From Eledone cirrhosa (lineage: Eukaryota): DNA of 64,000 nucleotides. A program made the translations under genes and the position numbers. Where the stretch lies: contig OZ024743.1 of assembly GCA_964016885.1 (NCBI GenBank), forward strand, positions 51,956,001-52,020,000. Direction: 5' to 3'. Positions within the stretch are counted from its first letter, which is position 1; each line of letters starts with the position of its first letter. Under the pieces are notes generated by a model. It was not told the origin of the DNA and ran no database searches. It was given only the letters and a program-made list of their open reading frames with translations. Below are positions 13,901-27,700 of the stretch, piece by piece.

Positions 13901-16900
13901 TGTAGTGATGGTTTATTACCAATGTCTGCGATGGTTTAATTATCAATGCCTGTAGTGATGGTTTAATAACCAATGTCAGTGATGGTTTATTATCAATGTC
14001 ATTGATGGTTTGTTACCAATGTCATTGTCTCTGATGGTTTAATTATCAATGACTGTAGTGATGGTTTATTACCAATGTATGTAGTGATGGTTTAATAACC
14101 AATGCAGTAATGATTTATTACCAATATCAGTGATGGTTTAATTACGAATGTCTGTAGTGATGGTTTATTACCAATGTCTATGATGGTATAATTATCAATG
14201 CCTGTAGTGATGGTTTAATTATCAATGTGTGTAGTGATAGTTTAATAACCAATGTCTGTATTGATGGTTTAATTACCAATGTCTGTAGTGATAGTTTATT
14301 ACAAATGTCTGTAGTGATGGTTTATTACCAATGTCTGTAGTGATGGTTTAATTATCAATGTCTATAGTGATGGTTTAATTACCAATATCAGTGATGGTTT
14401 ATTACCAATGTCAGTAGTGATGGTTTATTACCAATGTCTGTATTGATGGTTTAATAACCAATGTCTGTAGTGATGGTTTATTACCAATGTCTGTAGTGAT
14501 GGTTTATTACCAATGTCTGTAATGATGGTTTAATTACCAATGTCTGTAGTGATGGTTTAATTATCAATGTCTGTAGTGATGGTTTAATTATCAATGTCAG
14601 TGATGGTTTAATTATCAATCTCAGTGATGGTTTAATTACCAATCTCATTGATGGTTTAATTATCAATGTCTGTAGTGATGGTTTAATTATCAATGTCAGT
14701 GATGGTTTAATTACGAATGTCTGTAGTGATGGTTTATTACCAATGTCTGTGATGGTTTAATTATCAATGCCTGTAGTGATGGTTTAATTACTAATGTCTG
14801 TTGTGACGGTTTATTACCAATGTCTGTAGTGATGGTTTAATACCCAATGTCAGTGATGATATATTACCAATATCAGTGATGGTTTAATTATCAATGTCTG
14901 TGATGGTTTAATTACCAATGTCTGTAATGATGGTTTAATTATCAATGTCTGTAATGATGGTTTATTACCAATGTCTGCGATGGTTTAATTATCAATGCCT
15001 GTAGTGATGGTTTAATAACCAATGTCAGTGATGGTTTATTACCAATGTCATTGATGGTTTAATTATCAATGTCTCTGATGGTTTAATTACCAATGTCTGT
15101 AGTGATGGTTTATTACCAATGTCTGTAGTGATGGTTTAATAACCAATGTCAGTGATGATTTATTACCAATATCAGTGATGGTTTAATTATCAATGTCAGT
15201 GATGGTTTAATTACGAATGTCTGTAGTGATGGTTTATTACCAATGTCTCTGATGGTTTAATTATCAATGACTGTAGTGATGGTTTAATTATCAATGTCTG
15301 TAGTGATGGTTTAATAACCAATGTCGGTATTGATGGTTTAATTACCAATGTCTGAAGTGATGGTTTATTACAAATGTCTGTAGTGATGGTTTATTAACAA
15401 TGTCTGTAGTGATGGTTTAATAACCAATGTCAGTGATGATTTATTACCAATATCAGTGATGGTTTTATTATCAATATCTGTGATGGTTTAATTACCAATG
15501 TCTGTAGTGATGTTTAATAACCAATGTCAGTGATGGTTTAATTACGAATGTCTGTAGTGATGGTTTATTACCGATGTCTGTGATGGTTTAATTATCAATG
15601 CCTGTAGTGATGGTTTAATAACGAATGTCAGTGATGGTTTATTACCAACGTCATTGATGGTTTAATTATCAATGTCTGTGATGGTTTAATTTCTAATGTC
15701 TGTAGTGATGGTTTATTACCAATGTCTGTAGTGATGGTTTAATAAACAATGTCAGTGATGATTTATTACCAATATCAGTGATGGTTTAATTATCAATGTC
15801 AGTGATGGTTTAATTACGAATGTTTGTAGTGATGGTTTATTACCAATGTCTGTGATGGTTTAATTATCAATGCCTGTAGTAATGGTTTAATTATCAATGT
15901 CTGTAGTGATGGTTTAATAACCAATATAAGTGATGGTTTATTACCAATGTCAGTTGTGATGGTTTATTACCAATGTCTGTAGTGATGGTTTAATTATCAA
16001 CGTCTGTAGTGATAGTTTATTACGAATGTCTGTAGTGATGGTTTAATTACCAATGACTGTAGTGATGGTTTATTAACAATGTCTGTAGTGATGGTTTAAT
16101 TATCAATGTCTCTGATGGTTTATTACCAATGTCAGTAGTGATGATTTAATAACCAATGTCTGTATTGATGGTTTAATAACCAATGTCTGTATTGATGGTT
16201 TATTACAAATGTCTGTAGTGATGGTTTGTTACCAATGTCTATAGTGATGGTTTAATTATCAATGTCTGTGATAGTTTATTACCAACGTCTGTAGTGATGG
16301 TTTATTACCAATGTCAGTAGTGATGGTTTAATTATCAATGACTGTAGTGATGGTTTAATTATCAATGTCAGTGATGGTTTAATTATCAATGTCAGTGATG
16401 GTTTAATTACCAATGTCAGTGATGGTTTAATTACCAATGTCAGTGATGGTTTTTTTACCAATGTCTGTAGTGATGTTTTATTACCAATGTCTGTAGAAAT
16501 GGTTTAAGTACCAATGTCTATAGTGATGGTTTAATTATCAATGTCTGTAGTGATGGTTTATTACCAATGTCTGTAGTGATGGTTTAATTACAAATGGAGT
16601 AATGATTTATTACCAATATCAGTGATGGTTTAATTACGAATGTCTGTAGTGATGGTTTATTACCAATGTCTAAGATGGTATAATTATCAATGCCTGTAGT
16701 GATAGTTTAATTATCAATGTGTGTAGTGATGGTTTAATGACCAATGTCTGTATTGATGGTTTAATTACCAATGTCTGTAGTGATGGTTTATTACAAATGT
16801 CTGTAGTGATGGTTTATTACCAATGTCTGTAGTGATGGTTTAATTATCAATGTCTGTAGTGATGGTTTAATTACCAATATCAGTAATGGTTTATTACCAA

Positions 16901-19700
16901 TGTCTGTAGTGATGGTTTATTACCAATGTCTGTAGTGATGGTTTAATTACCAATGTCAGTGATGGTTTAATAACCAATGTCTGCATTGATGTTTAAAATA
17001 CCAATGACTGTAGTGATGGTTTATTACCAATGTCTGTAGTGATGGTTTATTACCAATGTCTGTAGTGATGGTTTAATTATCAATGTCTGTGATGGTTTAT
17101 TACCAATGTCAGTAGTGATGGTTTAATAACCAATGTCTCTATTGATGGTTTAATAACCAATGTCTGTAGTGATGGTTTATTACAAATGTCTGTAGAGATG
17201 GTTTAATAACCAATGTCAGTGATGATTTATTACCAATATCAGTGATGGTTTAATTATCAATGTCTGTGATGGTTTAATTACCAATGTCTGTAATGATGGT
17301 TTAATTATTAATGTCTGTAATGATGGTTTATTACCAATGTCTGTAGTGATGGTTTAATTACAAATGTCACTGGTTTAATTATCAATGCCTGTAGTGATGG
17401 TTTAATAACCAATGTCAGTGATGGTTTATTACCAATGTCATTGATGGTCTAATTATCAATATCTGTGATGGTTTAATTACCAATGTCTGTAGTGATGGTT
17501 TATTACAAATGTCTGTAGTGATGGTTTAATTACAAATGCAGTAATGATTTATTACCAATATCAGTGATGGTTTAATTACGAATGTCTGTAGTGATGGTTT
17601 ATTACCAATGTCTAAGATGGTATAATTATCAATGCCTGTAGTGATAGTTTAATTATCAATGTGTGTAGTGATGGTTTAATGACCAATGTCTGTATTGATG
17701 GTTTAATTACCAATGTCTGTAGTGATGGTTTATTACAAATGTCTGTAGTGATGGTTTATTACCAATGTCTGTAGTGATGGTTTAATTATCAATGTCTGTA
17801 GTGATGGTTTAATTACCAATATCAGTGATGGTTTATTACCAATGTCAGTAGTGATGGTTTATTACCAATGTCTGTAGTGATGGTTTAATTATCAATGTCT
17901 GTAGTGATGGTTTATTACCAATGTCTGTAGTGATGGTTTAATTACCAATGTCAGTGATGGTTTAATAACCAATGTCTGCATTGATGTTTAAAATACCAAT
18001 GACTGTAGTGATGGTTTATTACCAATGTCTGTAGTGATGGTTTATTACCAATGTCTGTAGTGATGGTTTAATTATCAATGTCTGTGATGGTTTATTACCA
18101 ATGTCAGTAGTGATGGTTTAATAACCAATGTCTGTATTGATGGTTTAATAACCAATGTCTGTAGTGATGGTTTATTACAAATGTCTGTAGAGATGGTTTA
18201 ATAACCAATGTCAGTGATGATTTATTACCAATATCAGTGATGGTTTAATTATCAATGTCTGTGATGGTTTAATTACCAATGTCTGTAATGATGGTTTAAT
18301 TATTAATGTCTGTAATGATGGTTTATTACCAATGTCTGTAGTGATGGTTTAATTACAAATGTCACTGGTTTAATTATCAATGCCTGTAGTGATGGTTTAA
18401 TAACCAATGTCAGTGATGGTTTATTACCAATGTCATTGATGGTCTAATTATCAATATCTGTGATGGTTTAATTACCAATGTCTGTAGTGATGGTTTATTA
18501 CAAATGTCTGTAGTGATGGTTTAATAACCAATGCAGTAATGATTTATTACCAATATCAGTGATGGTTTAATTACGAATGTCTGTAGTGATGGTTTATTAC
18601 CAATGTCTATGATGGTATAATTATCAATGCCTGTAGTGATTGTTTAATTATCAATGTGTGTAGTGATGGTTTAATAACCAATGTCTGTATTGATGGTTTA
18701 ATTACCAATGTCTGTAGTGATGGTTTATTACAAATGTCTGTAGTGATGGTTTATTACCAATGTCTGTAGTGATGGTTTAATTATCAATGTCTGTAGTGAT
18801 GGTTTAATTACCAATATCAGTGATGGTTTATTACCAATGTCAGTAGTGATGGTTTATTACCAATGTCTGTATTGATGGTTTAATAACCAATGTCTGTAGT
18901 GATGGTTTATTACAAATGTCTGTAGTGATGGTTTATTACCAATGTCTATAGTGATGGTTTAATTATCAATGTCTGTGATAGTTTATTACCAATGTCTGTA
19001 GTGATGGTTTATTACCAATGTCTGTAATGATGGTTTAATTACCAATGTCTGTAGTGATGGTTTAATTATCAATGTCTGTAGTGATGGTTTAATTATCAAT
19101 GTCAGTGATGGTTTAATTACGAATGTCTGTAGTGATGGTTTATTACCAATGTCTGTGATGGTTTAATTATCAATGCCTGTAGTGATGGTTTAATTACTAA
19201 TGTCTGTTGTGATGGTTTATTACCAATGTCTGTAGTGATGGTTTAATAACCAATGTCAATGATGATTTATTACCAATATCAGTGATGGTTTAATTATCAA
19301 TGTCTGTGATGGTTTAATTACCAATGTCTGTAATGATGGTTTAATTATCAATGTCTGTAATGATGGTTTATTACCAATGTCTGTGATGTTTTAATTATCA
19401 ATGCCTGTAGTGATGGTTTAATAACCAATGTCAGTGATGGTTTATTACCAATGTCATTGATGGTTTAATTATCAATGTCTGTGATGGTTTAATTACCAAT
19501 GTCAGTGATGGTTTAATTACGAATGTCTGTAGTGATGGTTTATTACCAATGTCTGTAGTGATGGTTTATTACCAATGTCTGTAGTGATAGTTTAATTATT
19601 AATGTCTGTGATGGTTTATTACCAATGTCAGTAGTGATGGTTTATTACCAATGTCTGTAGTGATGGTTTATTACCAATGTCCGTACTGACGGTTTAATTA
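10950..19700. repeat. Satellite array, consensus GTAGTGATGGTTTAATTACCAATGTCT (27 bp; 23, 24 and 26 bp variants)
   Basis: Uninterrupted tandem units over ~8.7 kb; two degenerate units also at 10289-10334. Confidence 0.97.
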
Positions 19701-19819
19701 GAAAATGAAAGTACCAAATTGTCAGATCAAATCAAGAAAACTATGTTTCGATTGGTCTTTTCCCAGGTGATACTATCTGGTGATTGCAACTCCTGGCTAA
19801 GGATCCCCCTCTCTCTCTC

Positions 19820-19945
<126 letters not shown>

Positions 19946-20250
19946 ATAAAGTGAAATGACCGGAGACCAAATATGTTGAATTTCCATAATTTTTTTATTA
20001 CTATAAACAGTATGTACTTTTCAGTGGCCAGGATGTGTAATAACCCGATGACCTCATCAGGTGTAAATTGCATTGAGTGCTTTTTTCAATTTGCGTTATG
20101 GTTAATATTGCAGAATGACCAATTCTACCCAGTGGTAAACCACCAAATTTAAGCGTATATATATATATGTTCATCCCAGGTTCAATCGGTGGTAACCACA
20201 GTAAATAAGGTACTCAATACAAAGCAGAGTATAAATATTTAATATAGAAA

Positions 20251-20301
20251 GGCTTCTACAGGACTAGAACTGTTTCATTCAGGAGAAATCATCAGGAAGC
20301 C
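20251..20301 (-). ncRNA. Type I hammerhead ribozyme motif
   Basis: Minus strand GGCTTC CTGATGA tTTCtcctGAAt GAAA CAGttctagtcCTG TA GAAGCC: stem I 6 bp, intact core, stem III closes. Confidence 0.8.
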
Positions 20302-20396
20302 CTGATCATCAGAGCTTCCTGATGATTTCTATATTAAATATATATATATATATATAAAGTGTTAAAACAATCAAATCTTAGTTTAATACATTTATT

Positions 20397-20442
20397 TGCT
20401 GACAATTGTTTCTTCCAGAGGGTGTCTGGAATCATCGGAGCA
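20397..20442 (-). ncRNA. Minimal type I hammerhead ribozyme motif, U4C core variant
   Basis: Minus strand TGCT CCGATGA TTCCAGA-caccc-TCTGGAA GAAA CAATTG TC AGCA; palindromic stem III. Confidence 0.7.
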
Positions 20443-20785
20443 TAGGGAATGTCTAAAACAGGTGATTAAAATCCTAGTCTTCAGAACATTCAGGTAGATA
20501 CATAAGTGTTGTTAATGTCTTAGACATCATGTAGAGAACCGGGAGTTAAAAGAATGTTATGCTTCAGAGAACACAATTACAAGGAGCACTGGTGGAAAGT
20601 GCAAGAGGTACAAGCAAAAGTACAAGCAAAACACTTGATAATTTGCATTGAGCCTTTTGTCATACCGGTAACCGGTTAGTACTTAGTACTACCCTCCATA
20701 TTTATAATTCTATATTAAATATATATAAGTATAAATATTGTTATTATTACTATATATATATATATTATTACTATATACATACATG

Positions 20786-20904
<119 letters not shown>

Positions 20905-21252
20905 GGCTGCAGAGAAATGATGCAAGCATGCTTCGATGGACGTGTAATATTAATGTAAGAGGAAGTGTGCAAGAGAGCAGACTGTGTTGGTTTGGACAGG
21001 ATTTGAACTGACAGCACAGAGAACCACAACTAATTCCAAAGCATTTAATCAGATGATCTAACGATGCTTCCAATCCAGAATTATTCAGCAATGTTAGAGA
21101 TCGATGGTATTGGTGGGAATTGGAGGAAAAGGAAGGAAAAGGAAGGACATGGAAAGAGCGAAGCATAAGGGAAAAGAGAAGGGGGGGGGGGGGCGAAAGA
21201 GGGTAAAGTTAGTCAAACAGAACATATTTTAGTTTAGAGCAATTTAACTTTT

Positions 21253-21696
21253 ATGGTGGTATAGGGGGTGTTGGTGTTGGTTGTAGTGTCAGTGGTAGAG
21301 GTGGTGTTGGTGTTGGTGGTAGTGTCAGTGGTATAGGTGGTGTTGGTGGTAATGGCAGTGGTATAGGTGGTGGTGGTGTTGATGGTAGTGGCAGTGGTAT
21401 AGGTGGTCGTGGTGTTGGTGGTAGTGGCAGTGGTATAGGTTGTGGTGGTGGTGGTGGTAATGGCAGTGCTATAGTTGGGGTTGGTGTTGATGGTAGTGGC
21501 AGTGGTATAGGTGGTGGTGGTGTTGGTGGTAGTGTCAGTGGTATAAGTGGTGGTGGTGTTGATGGTAGTGGCAGTGGTATAGGTGGTGGTGGTGGTAATG
21601 GCAGTGGTATAGGTGGTGGTGGTGTTGATGGTAGTGGCAGTGGTATAGGTGGTGGTGGTGGTGGTGGTGGTGGCGGCGATGGAGGTGTTGTTGTTG

Positions 21697-21728
<32 letters not shown>

Positions 21729-21790
21729 GGAGGTGATGATGATAATGATGTTGACAACAACAATGATGGTGATGGTGGGGGTGGGGGAGA
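21253..21790. repeat. G-rich minisatellite / (GGT)n low-complexity tract
   Basis: Recurrent ggtagtggcagtggtataggtggtggtggtgtt units; source of the poly-Pro ORF. Confidence 0.9.
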
Positions 21791-22286
21791 ATATTTTATT
21801 TTTATTTTAAAATGCATTTCTTTTTTCTTCTTCATAATCTTTCTTTTCCACTTCTCTGTAACATCCATTGAAACAATATCATTGTCATCTGTAATATCAC
21901 CACCACCAATATAATATATATACTGCTATGATTCACACCAAACGGAAGCCTCTTGATAAAGTGAATCCACTGTTCGATCATCCAAAACCCAAAACTTGCA
22001 TACTGCGCAAGTGGAATTGTTGATTTCGAATTCATAGAAACCTATCGGAGATACTGCATAATATCGATGAGATGGTCCAGGTTTGTCAAATACCTGATTG
22101 GTTTTCTCGTTGCTTTGGTTTATGTGGCTGGGTCACCAGTCGCAGTCTTCAATTTGTCAAGCTTTCTAACGTATGTTATTACTCTAAAGTGACACAACCT
22201 TATCAAGTGCTTTGCTGCAGATTCCTGATTGTATATCGTTAGCTTGGCCACAGCCAAAACTTCGATTTTACTGAACTTCCTTTTGT

Positions 22287-22371
<85 letters not shown>

Positions 22372-22466
22372 AGGTAAACAGAAATAACAACACAATTGGT
22401 ACAGTATATGGAAGGGATATATTAGGTTAATGCTTGATATAGCAGGAAGAGGGTCTTAACGTTATA

Positions 22467-24057
22467 TCTATATATATAAAACAGAAGATGTCTGTCTGTG
22501 TGTCTGTTTCCCTAAAACTCGAGAAGTACCCAACCGTTTTTTTTCAAACTCTACACATGTAACCCGTATAGCCCCGGAAGTGTTTTGAGCAAAAAAAAAT
22601 TTCAAATTATTCTGACCTAGGGATCGAATTAGTGAAGTGGCCAATGTCTGTACATAATGAGGGAGTGAGAGGGGAGAGAAAGAAACGGAGAGGCGGAGTG
22701 AGAAGTGGCTTTCTACTCCTCCTCCTCCTTCTCCCCATTCGTCACAGCGTTTTTCGATAGAGGGGAGAAATGTGAACGAGTTACAGAGAGAAAGAGTGAG
22801 AGTGAAAGAAACAGACAGACTAAAAGAGGGGGATAGCGGGAGAGAGAGAGAGAGTGACAAACGCCGTCTTTTGAGAGTTGTATGCGTCAAAGATACATGA
22901 CAGTTGAATAACTACTGCGTGTGTGTGTACGTGCGCGCGTGTGTGTGTGGGTTTGTGTGGGTTTGTGTGCGTTTGCATGCGTGAGTGTTTATGTGTGCGT
23001 GAGTGATTATAAACTCTCTCACATGGTCTGATGGAATTAACCCTTTAGCATTTACATTACTCTATATATACTATATTATTTTCATGGTAAAGGCTTTATC
23101 TCACATAATATAAAAATCTCATAGATTTAATATTATTTATTTTGAGAACAATACCTTAACCCTTTATAGTATTAATGTGAGTGAGTTATAAAGAGAAAGA
23201 GTGAGAGTGAAAGAAACAGACAGACTAAAAGAGGGGGATAGCGGGAGAGAGAGAGCCGCTGGAAGAGGGGAAGGAAAGCTATATGTCTTGCTGTCTGCAT
23301 TACGATACATATATATACACACACAGATCGCGTCATAATGACGTAATGCAGACAGCCAGACATACAGACAGATATTATAAGGGCGCAACGTTATATCTAT
23401 GTATCTATTTAAAAAGAAAGACTAAGAATTATAGAAAGAGATCGCTAAATCGCCTAATGCGGTCCCTAGGGTATTGAAAATTTGAAATATGTTTTGCTCA
23501 AAACACTCAGGACCATAAGTATTACATGTGTAAAGTTTGAAAACAATCGGTTGGGTAGTTCTGAAGTTTTACTGAGCTGACAGACAGACAGACATTCTCT
23601 GTTTTATATATATATATATATATAATTATATATTCGTGTACAGATATTTTTGCATACACAATAACAAAATATAAATAAACGTATTTATTTAACGAGGCTC
23701 AATAAGGATAAATATATATCAAATATATAAGAACCATAGAGCAAATCCCGAGTAACGCCGGGCCATTCTGCTAGCATATATATAAAACTGAGGATGTCTG
23801 TGTGTGTGTGAGTTTGAATCCCTAAAACTCGAGAACCACCCAACCAACTGTTTTCAAACTTTACACATGTAATACTTATGTTTCAGGGAGTGTTCTCAGC
23901 AAACATTTTCAATGCCCTAGGGACCGCATTAGGCGATTTAGCAATCTCTCTCTATAATTTTTAGTCTTTCTCTTTTAAGATAGATATATACATATAACGT
24001 CGCGCCCTTATAATATCTGTCTGTATGTCTGCATTACGTCACTTCCCTGAGGATGCC

Positions 24058-24147
<90 letters not shown>

Positions 24148-24581
24148 TTTGAATCCCTAAAACTCGAGAAGTACCCAACCGAATTTTTTCAAACTTTACA
24201 TGTGTATTATTTATGTTTCAGGGAGTGTTATGCACATAAAAAAATTCAACATTTTGATCTCCACATTAGGTGAAAAACTGCGTTTTTTAAGCTTTTTAGG
24301 GCTTTTTGGAGGCGTTACGTCAGGCCGATTTTCCCGAAATTTCAAGGCATATTATGCACATAAAAAAATGTTATTTTCTTGATCCCCTAGGGCCCGCATT
24401 AGGTGAAAACCTGCATTTTTCCTGCTTCATCGAGGAAAATCTTAAAGATTATCTAACCATCAGAGTATTCGATTTATTTTCTTTACATATTGTCCAGGCA
24501 TGCAGTTTTTCCACGATTAGGTCTGTTGGCGGCCCGCGTTCCAAAATACCTTATCCCGTGCAACGCCGGGTACCACTGCTA

Positions 24582-24582
<1 letters not shown>
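22467..24582. mobile_element. Cluster of non-autonomous Helitron segments in both orientations
   Basis: 5' end A|TCTATATATATAAAACAGAAGATGTCTGTCTG at 22467, related starts at about 23775 (+) and 23610 (-). 3' hairpin + CTAG ends at 23747-23774 (CCCGAGTAACGCCGGG) and 24555-24582 (CCCGTGCAACGCCGGG..CTAG|T). Confidence 0.75.
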
Positions 24583-24621
<39 letters not shown>

Positions 24622-24662
24622 AAATAAATAAGTCAAATGTTTAAAATTTGGCTTCGTTTATT

Positions 24663-24721
24663 ACTGCTATATATATATATTTCGGTGAGAGCCATCTTTG
24701 GCTGTGACCTCTTCAGGCAGT
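24663..24721 (-). ncRNA. Type I hammerhead ribozyme in the 3' pLTR of PLE 1
   Basis: ACTGC CTGAAGA GGTCACAGCC-aaagat-GGCTCTCACC GAAA TATATATATA TA GCAGT. Confidence 0.85.
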
Positions 24722-27700
24722 CCGAATTAGTGTGGTAGAGACGAGTACACATGTTTTTGAGGTGTATAACTTTGTCAATACTCTGATATGCCCAGTTCCT
24801 GGTTGGGTTGTTATTTCACAGAGGAACTGGAATCATATGAATTCAAACAAACGAATTTCAGCGTCAAAGGGCCTCTTCTCCTCTCATTGGTCAGTTGTTA
24901 GAACATTCCTCAGTCAAAAGTCTATAGAAATTCGTTCTGAGGCAAGCCAATCTGTAGTTGTTGTTCTTGTTATTGTTAGGTACATCTGACCTCTATTCTT
25001 GTGTTGGTAGTGGTGTTATTGTTGGAGTCAGCTAAAAAATGTGATAAAGTGGTAGAAGGAATAAGATGGTAAAGGAACAAAGTAAAATAAAATAATCGGA
25101 TAAAATGTGTGTGTGTGTTATACCCATCTCAATGTTATAAATATTTGTAAGGTCAAACTTCCCATTGGTCAGTTTTGAGAGCATTCCTCAGTCCAAAGTC
25201 TATAGAAATTCTTTCTGGGGCGAGGCTCCCTGTAGTGTTTGTGTTTGCTATTGTTAAGTACATCAGACCTGTACCCTTATTTTGGTAGTGTTGTTGGTGT
25301 TGTGGTCAGCTTATGTCTTGCTGCTGCTGACAATTTAGAAGTATCTGTGTGTGTGTTTCTTCACCCCTCCTGCCACCATCTCCCGTGGGGGGGGGGTTCT
25401 GCCATGTATATGAAGAAATAGAAGGCAATAAAATGAAGTAAACAAAAAATAAATAATAGGTAGAGAATAAATGAAAAATTAATGAAAAGGTAATGAAAAA
25501 GTAATGAAAAGTGAATATGGAAAATGAAAAATGAAAATGAAAAGTGAAAAATAAAATGAAGATTCGAATAAAATAAGATAAAATGTGTGTGTGCTATAAC
25601 CAATCTCAAGGTCAGAAATGTGTTGGATAGATTGGTAGGAGGAACAAGATGGTAAAAGAATAAAACGAAATAGGATAATCAAATAAAATTTGTGTGTTAT
25701 AACCAATCTCAACTTAAATATAAATATAAGGTGATAAAGTGAAGAAAACAGAAAACAAATAACAAATGAATAATGAGAAATCAAAATTGAAAAATCAAAA
25801 ATCAGGTAAATTAAAATGTGTGTGTGTTATAAAGATGTTGGCCAAATTATAAAGGCTGTGTCAGAATCAATCTCTAGGCTATGATGGTGTCTTCTCAGCC
25901 TGGGTTGGTCCCTATGGCTTGAGGGGAGTTCCCAACCTATGGTGCTGTTACTGCCCATATAGCTTGAGGGAGGTTTGGCCGGGAGGTGTCTACATGTTAT
26001 GCAGAAGTCCCTATAGCTTGAGGGGAGTTCACATCTTATTGTGTTGCTACTGTCCATATATCTTGAGGAAGGTCCTGACCCTGAGGTGTCTGCATGTCCC
26101 GAAGAAGTCGGTTCTGAGGTTTATCAGGCGGCTTCCACCTCTTATTATCTCGAGGGTCTCGTTCAGACATAGTTTGCATATGCAAGATCCCCCTTTATCG
26201 GGTGGTATTTCCTGATTATGGACCAGGCCAGAGAGTACGGGGTCCTGTCCAGCTTAAGCTTCGAGATCAGGTCTGAGAGAGCCGTACTTTTCCTTTTGGC
26301 CTCCTTATTGAAGGAATGGCGATGGTTATACCAGCGGTCTTTAAAGCTCGTTGATGTGGCTCCTATGTAGAGGTGTTCGGAGTTGGGGTTTTAACTCTAC
26401 AACCGTATACTAGGTTCTTCTTAAGGCATTCATTACCAAGGGGGCATGATTCGGGGTTTCTGCAGTTGCAGAGGGTAGTCGACCTCTGCATGCCTAGATT
26501 GGGGTTCCCGTTAGGTGTTATATGGTGGTCTTCCCCCAGGCGCGGTGGGGGGTCCCCGGGTCTGTTTGGGTTTCTTGGGTGGGCACTGGCCCCCCCCCCC
26601 CTTCCCTCCTTTCACATGGTTCTGCTGAGTGCTTGTATTGCCATCTTCTGGTTGTGTGTGGTTTTTAAGCCTACTCCTGTTGATGCTAGCTATGTGTTGG
26701 GCCAGATTTCTCGTGGTGGAATACGAGAGCTTCACAGTGTGTCTGTTGAAGATCTTGTGGTATCTATGGTCCCTCGGGAAGCATTTATCAAGTACTCCAA
26801 AGAATGATCGGGCCAAGCTGTTCTTTAGGGCCGCTGAGTAGGGTGGGTTGTACCACGTGATTTTTCTGTGTCTCCTCCTATATATGTCGGAGGCGTCGTG
26901 AGTTGTTGGAGATTTGTTGGGTTGCTGGTGGTTCCCGCATTGTTGCTTCCCCTTTGGGCGCTATGCGTTTTGCTATCTTCACGGCCCGAATCTGCAGGGT
27001 GGTCGTTGCCCGCGCTGGGAGATCTACCATGGGGTTGTCCCCCGTTCCCCCTCCCCCACGTGTCCTGCAGTTGGGGTCGTCGGGCCCGAGGTGGTTAGCA
27101 TCACCCCTGAGACTGCTACTCATATTGGGTTTCATCCCATGGTTAAGTGTACTCATCACCAACGCCCGTGTGGTGGTGTCGGGCTCATGGTGCCTATTTG
27201 TTTTTGTACTGCCTGTATTGTTAGGGTTCGCCCCCCCCCGGGCAACGTGGGTGTGGGTGTCCGTTGGGCCATCCCCTTCCCGGCGTTTCGGACTGTATGT
27301 TATATTTTGTCCATGTGCCACATTATTTAGAGCTGCGTTGTAATATGCCGCGTTGTTATCGAATATTTCCTTACTTGCGGACAGGCTGGAGATCCTGTCC
27401 GAGACACTCTTCACCACGGCTTGGTTATGGATCTAGGGTGGTTTGACTTGGTGTTAACATACATGAGTTTCTCGTTGGGCTTGTGGTAGGGGTAGTATTG
27501 TTCGGTGTTCAGGTTTAGGGTGGTGTCTAGGAAGATAACTACCTTTCTATTTGGGTCTAGTTCTATGCTGAGCCCCTGGTTCTTAAAGAAATGGCGAATA
27601 CGCCTCCTCATTCCCTCCAACATATTGGTGCTGTGGTCATATACTGCGAAGAGAGCATCGTCACGATATAATCCACCTCCCAGGCAGGAGATTTCATCTT

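Noticed and set aside
10950-19700. CRISPR-like array of short palindromic repeats
   Set aside because: Units are contiguous with no unique spacers, there are no cas genes, and the context is eukaryotic; it is a satellite.
21251-21868. Proline-rich extensin/formin-like ORF
   Set aside because: Antisense reading of a GGT-rich minisatellite; no flanking domain or splice evidence.
21930-22285. Complex-sequence island that might be a host exon or transposase piece
   Set aside because: Stops in the frames examined and no recognisable motif; needs BLASTX.
24732-24989. 85 aa ORF repeated at 28993 and 57831
   Set aside because: Antisense ORF inside the pLTR; recurrence reflects repeat copies, not coding constraint.
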